From Bdellovibrionales bacterium (GTDB lineage Bacteria > Bdellovibrionota > Bdellovibrionia > Bdellovibrionales > UBA1609), in assembly GCA_965200875.1 (NCBI GenBank), contig OZ241456.1, positions 640,001-704,000 of the forward strand: DNA of 64,000 nucleotides, given 5' to 3'. Made by a program: the position numbers and the translations under genes. Below, in pieces: positions 59,872-64,000 of this stretch (position 1 is its first letter; each line of letters begins with the position of its first letter). The notes under the pieces were generated by a model. It did not search any database, was not told the DNA's origin, and was given only the letters and a program-made list of their open reading frames with translations.

Positions 59872-60897
59872 TTAAATGAAAGCATCTCTGATTCTTAGTC
59901 ACTGTTATTAAGTTTTTTAATTTCTTCTTCGGAAAGTCCCGTGCCTTTGCAAAGAACCTGCAAATCCACACCATTTTTAAGTAATTTTAAAATCAGCTCT
60001 TTTTGACCTTGTTGCATACCCTGTTGCATACCCTGTTGCATACCCTGTTGCATGCCCTGTTGCATACCTTCTTGTCGCCCTTCCTCTTTAATGTGCTCTC
60101 TTATGTTCATATAACCTCCTTTTGAAAAAATACCTTTAATAACAGCCTCATGTTCCAACTTCTCCCATAATTCCTTTGTCATACCGGAAACAGACGACCA
60201 AAAATAATCTCCCACACTTAGTACTAAATCTTCTTTGTCACCAGTCCAGTTATCAAATAACGAAACTATCTCTTTCAATTCCTTCTCTTCTGCTTTGAAA
60301 GACCATACTTTTTTTAACGCACTTAAAAAACGAGGAAAATAAATTTAAAGAAAGTCTTTACTCCACCTTAAATGAAAGCATCTCTGATTCTTAGTTACTA
60401 TTATTAAGTTTTTTAATTTCTTCTTCGGAAAGTCCCGTGCTTTTGCAAAGCACCTGCAAATCCACCCCACTTTTAAGTAATTTTAAAATCAGCTCTTTTT
60501 GACCCTGTTGCATACCCTGTTGCATACCCTGTTGCATACCCTGTTGCATGCCCTGTTGCATACCCTGTTGCATACCCTGTTGCATACCCTGTTGCATACC
60601 TTGTTGCATACCCTGTTGCATACCCTGTTGCATACCTTCTTGTCGCCCTTCCTCTTTAATGTGCTCTCTTATGTTCATATAACCTCCTTTTGAAAAAATA
60701 CCTTTAATAACAGCCTCATGTTCCAACTTCTCCCATAATTCCTTTGTCATACCGGAAACAGACGACCAAAAATAATCTCCCACACTTAGTACTAAATCTT
60801 CTTTGTCACCAGTCCAGTTATCAAATAACGAAACTATCTCTTTCAATTCCTTCTCTTCTGCTTTGAAAGACCATACTTTCTTTAACGCACTTAAAAA
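59872..60897. repeat. tandem duplication of the 3' part of rpn (59872-60329 vs 60368-60897)
   Basis: Near-identical blocks differing mainly by six 12-bp MQQG units. Confidence 0.92.
59895..60110 (-). CDS. stand-alone Rpn C-terminal peptide (RpnS-like putative antitoxin, 71 aa)
   Basis: AAGGAGG SD and ATG (MNIREHIKEEG...) retained inside the duplicated fragment; nuclease domain absent. Confidence 0.6.
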   Translation of the reverse strand: MNIREHIKEEGRQEGMQQGMQQGMQQGMQQGMQQGQKELILKLLKNGVDLQVLCKGTGLSEEEIKKLNNSD

Positions 60898-61446
60898 GCC
60901 ACGACTCTTAAAATTTTTGTCACAAATGGCTTTCTCTACTTTTGGATCATTGGTGTCTAAAACCCTTATCCCATAATCTAACATATCCTTTTCCAAAGAA
61001 GAAGGAATTTCCGGTAAAATACGCCCCCAAAGTCCTTTTTTGAATGATTTTGCCCACTTCCAAGGTTCTTTCCCATGATAAAATACACTAGCTATCACAA
61101 GGCAATCATCCTCTGCTTTCTCCAGACTCTTACCTATAATAAGGGTTTTGTATTTAAGAACCTGATGATACATTCGGCGACTGAAACGAGACTTATGTTC
61201 TAAAAGCAAGAAAAGCTTTGCTTTCTTCTTAGGCTGATTTTTAAGCGGAACGGAAAAAACCAAGTCTGCCCTTAAATCCTGAAAGCTGTCTTTTTCAGCC
61301 TTGAGGTTTTCCCAGTCAAAGATGGCAAACTCCTCTTCAGAAAGAACTAGCTGAAATAACTCCTTAGCAAAGCAGGGATTGGAATAGCACGCTTTAAAAA
61401 ATATATCGTGATGCCCGACAGGTAATTTTTTTGTTGTTTTTGTCAT
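60391..61446 (-). CDS. Rpn family recombination-promoting nuclease / putative transposase
   Basis: HDIFFK, RADLVFSV...LLEHKS, V.YHG..PW, (MQQG)11, TGLSEEEI. Confidence 0.9.
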   Translation of the reverse strand: MTKTTKKLPVGHHDIFFKACYSNPCFAKELFQLVLSEEEFAIFDWENLKAEKDSFQDLRADLVFSVPLKNQPKKKAKLFLLLEHKSRFSRRMYHQVLKYKTLIIGKSLEKAEDDCLVIASVFYHGKEPWKWAKSFKKGLWGRILPEIPSSLEKDMLDYGIRVLDTNDPKVEKAICDKNFKSRGFLSALKKVWSFKAEEKELKEIVSLFDNWTGDKEDLVLSVGDYFWSSVSGMTKELWEKLEHEAVIKGIFSKGGYMNIREHIKEEGRQEGMQQGMQQGMQQGMQQGMQQGMQQGMQQGMQQGMQQGMQQGMQQGQKELILKLLKSGVDLQVLCKSTGLSEEEIKKLNNSN

Positions 61447-61585
61447 ATAAAACCTCAGAGTGAAGATAATATTTCTTATATCTTAAAGGTGTTTTTTTTT
61501 TAATACAATATTTAACTTTGTGTATGAGCAAACAGCTTTTTACATACTTCATTTTGCCGTAAAACGTTGTTCAGCCCCACATCAC

Positions 61586-61733
61586 TTTCTAAGCTACCTG
61601 TGCGACAGTAAACATTGCAAAATGGATCATCTCCCATTTCCCGACTTTCTAAGCTACCTGTGCGACAGTAAACATTGCAAAATGGATCATCTCCCATTTC
61701 CCGACTTTCTAAGCTACCTGTGCGACAGTAAAC
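61586..61733 (-). CRISPR. orphan type I-F-like mini-array: three 28-bp repeats and two identical 32-bp spacers
   Basis: Minus-strand repeat GTTTACTGTCGCACAGGTAGCTTAGAAA at 61586, 61646 and 61706 resembles the I-F consensus GTTCACTGCCGTAxAGGCAGCT(T/A)AGAAA; 28+32 geometry. Confidence 0.85.
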
Positions 61734-62064
61734 GTATCATTATATAGCTAATCTTGTGGATGATAAAATTGATCCTTTGAGAAGGGATTTATCTACAGTA
61801 AAGGAAAGTTTGGTCAGTACGCTCTTGAGGTAGCAAAGTATGGAGCTGATCCATACGGGCTTAGGATTGTGAGTAATCACAAAGTGAAAAAACATATAAA
61901 AAAATTGCTCCGGAAATATTCAAGACTTCTTGGATTTGACAAATTTAGAAACAATGGTATTATTAAAAAATAGCACGGCTTAATCTCCCGTGTGTCTCCC
62001 CGGTTTCCGGGCAAGCATAAAGTAGATTCTTAAGTCCCATATTCTGGGAGAAAGGAAATGCTTT

Positions 62065-62544
62065 ATGAGCAATAATCACAAACCCTTAAATTGGATAAAA
62101 GAAAATCTTATTTTCCTTCCTGTCTCTGGGCCTGACTTAAAAGGTAAGCTTGTGGGTGATCATATCCTGCCCTTCCCGGAAAAAATAATTTGTTTCGCTT
62201 TAAACCCCTGATGGTTCTGTAAACAAAAATATTTTTTGAGGTATAGCCGAAAAATCTCAAAAAGTCTTTTATTCTCATGGATATTTGGCCAAAGAATAAG
62301 CTCCTTGAATTATCAATGGGTTGATGTGAATGATATAAAAATTGCAGATAAAAGTATTTTAGAAAATAAAAAATTAAGGATCATAGTTGCTAATGATGCA
62401 ATTTGTTCGCAGAAGTCAACAGGCTATACACTTCTGGATAGAGGTTCAGCTTGGGATAGTATAGACGGGGCTGTTTGTGCTGTCTTAGGTACGAAATATT
62501 TTATTGACCATAGGCAAAGAGGATTTTACGGGATTGTAGTTTAA
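62065..62544 (+). pseudogene. probable phage terminase large subunit remnant (frameshifted and internally deleted)
   Basis: WIKENL...G...LPF..KII...PDGS...RKISKS (RKNGKS-like Walker A), then a C-terminal IDGAV.AVLG motif. Confidence 0.5.
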
Positions 62545-62717
62545 TAAATGGTTGAGTATTCCTATTATTACAACCTTCTTTTTTATTCACTTGTTTAAAT
62601 AATAAACAGGTAAGTGTTTCATTTTGAGAAGATAAGCAGAAAAATAAATATTCTTTACCTAGATTTTATGAGTCCGGGAAATAAGCATGTATTCTGAATG
62701 AAATAAAGGAGACAAAT

Positions 62718-63359
62718 ATGAAAATACTTTTATTAATGACACTCATTCCACTTTTTGCCGGTTTTAGTGTCTCGGCTTTTGGTTTTGGAGCTATGGGGTC
62801 ACACGGAACTGCGAAACAAAGAGCTACCGAAAGAAGGTCACGACAAGAATCCAACAGAAGGTTTTTCAATGCACAAAGGGAACAAAGACAAAGGGAACAA
62901 AGGGCAAAAGAAGCCAACAGAAGGGCACAACAAGCTAATTTAAGTGCTATAGCTAAAGAAGTAGAGCAATGGAAAAGTGACTATTTACGGGTAAAGGCAG
63001 AAAATAATCATCTAGAAGCACAAAACAGTAAATTAAAGGTAAAGTTAGAAGAGTATTATATAAAACAAAACAGTAAATTAAAACAGAATGGTAAAGTAGG
63101 AAGCCAAGGAAATACCTGCGATGAGAAGCTTTATCGAGCAGAAAAGGCATGCTTTGGTTTAGTTAATAGGAATATTTCCATGTGTAGAGGGTTTACTGAT
63201 TGGCTGGTTAGGAACAAACGCAGCCACAGCGAAATCGTAGGTACGATCAAACATAAAATCCCAGATGAATATAAAAACCGAGGCGAATTTTTAAAAGATT
63301 ATAATCCGCAAGATTATAATCCGACAACAACATTCAGAGCGTCCAAGTCTGTAAGGTGA
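62718..63359 (+). CDS. secreted coiled-coil hypothetical protein
   Basis: SD aaggag, signal peptide, R/Q/E-rich helix. Confidence 0.7.
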   Translation: MKILLLMTLIPLFAGFSVSAFGFGAMGSHGTAKQRATERRSRQESNRRFFNAQREQRQREQRAKEANRRAQQANLSAIAKEVEQWKSDYLRVKAENNHLEAQNSKLKVKLEEYYIKQNSKLKQNGKVGSQGNTCDEKLYRAEKACFGLVNRNISMCRGFTDWLVRNKRSHSEIVGTIKHKIPDEYKNRGEFLKDYNPQDYNPTTTFRASKSVR

Positions 63360-63507
63360 TTTAAAAATGGAAATAATATTGTCAGGAATAATACTAATAT
63401 TTTTTGTTTGTTTCCTGATCAGCAAATCAATGAAGTAATAAGAAAATACAGAGCCAAGTTTCATATTTAATCCTTAGTAAAAAAAATAACTTTATGGCTT
63501 TGTTAAG

Positions 63508-63538
63508 CGGTGGTCATTTTGGCCACCGACTTTTTTTT
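63508..63538 (+). terminator. intrinsic terminator
   Basis: cggtggtca/tggccaccg hairpin followed by T8. Confidence 0.75.
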
Positions 63539-63649
63539 ATGATTCCCTTTATTCTTTCATGTAAAGATTTCACAGTGCTATTTTTTCATTAGTGGTTTTT
63601 CATAAACACCTGTATTATTCAAAGAAACTGAATAAAAAGGAGATAACTA

Positions 63650-64000
63650 ATGAGATTGATAATTGCTTTACTTTTTTTAAGTTTAGGGGCTTTGAGCTAT
63701 GGCCAGAATGTGGCTAAGTCTACATGTAATATTGATAATTATGTCTTTTACATAAATAAGCCCGGAAATCATAGGTGCGATTTGCGCTATGCGGATTTTA
63801 GCGAGGTGAATTTGATTGGAGCGAATTTTAGCGGGGCGAATTTGCATAAGGCGAATTTGCGAGAGGCGAATTTGTATGGGGCGAATTTAAGTGGGGCGAA
63901 TTGTATGGGGCGAATTTAAGTGGGGCGAATTTGTACAGAGCGGATTTGCGAGGCGCGGTTTTGATCGGAGCAAATTTGTCCGATGCGTTTTTGTACGAAG
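63650..64000 (+). CDS. secreted pentapeptide repeat protein, paralog of 7824-8468; frameshifted at about 63900 and running off the window
   Basis: Near-identical signal peptide and TCNIDNY; pentapeptides continue in another frame after a missing T. Confidence 0.75.

Noticed and set aside
61614..61645. Self-targeting protospacer within the window
   Set aside because: By eye only short chance matches were found (e.g. cgggaaat near 62675); no convincing protospacer. A computed search is still needed.
61512..61747. Short ORFs with repeated peptides on both strands
   Set aside because: Translations of the 60-bp CRISPR repeat-spacer unit.

Overview
AT-rich bacterial chromosome segment. Gene content and order suggest a Bdellovibrionota (Bdellovibrio-like) organism (inference): cmk-rpsA-sppA-rhomboid, tmk-holB-tatD, an FHA-GGDEF DgcB-like cyclase, a Lys-rich SWIB protein and a fused CcsA. 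The backbone is housekeeping: mtaB, sufE, trpS, cysS, map, bolA, fumC, murE, murF, orn, tRNA-Ser(GGA), glmM, nnr, tsaE, an IscS-like desulfurase, PhoH, gdhA, pyrD and IHF/HU. Accessory regions are interspersed. (i) A three-gene pilin-like cluster ends in a 728-aa protein with about 18 variable CxxC repeats, and a C10 tract lies in the leader of the first gene. (ii) A decayed island at about 40.8-45.3 kb holds a truncated PT-TG toxin, an Rpn, a resolvase fragment and an internally deleted type III Res gene. (iii) A right-end island at about 59.9-64 kb holds an Rpn nuclease, a duplicated stand-alone copy of its putative intragenic antitoxin, an orphan type I-F-like CRISPR mini-array with two identical spacers directly upstream, and a probable phage terminase remnant. 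A dispersed TA-flanked MITE-like element carrying a dRS3-like palindrome occurs several times, often at stop codons. Many tandem micro-duplications are present. All calls come from motif recognition by eye; no database searches were run.
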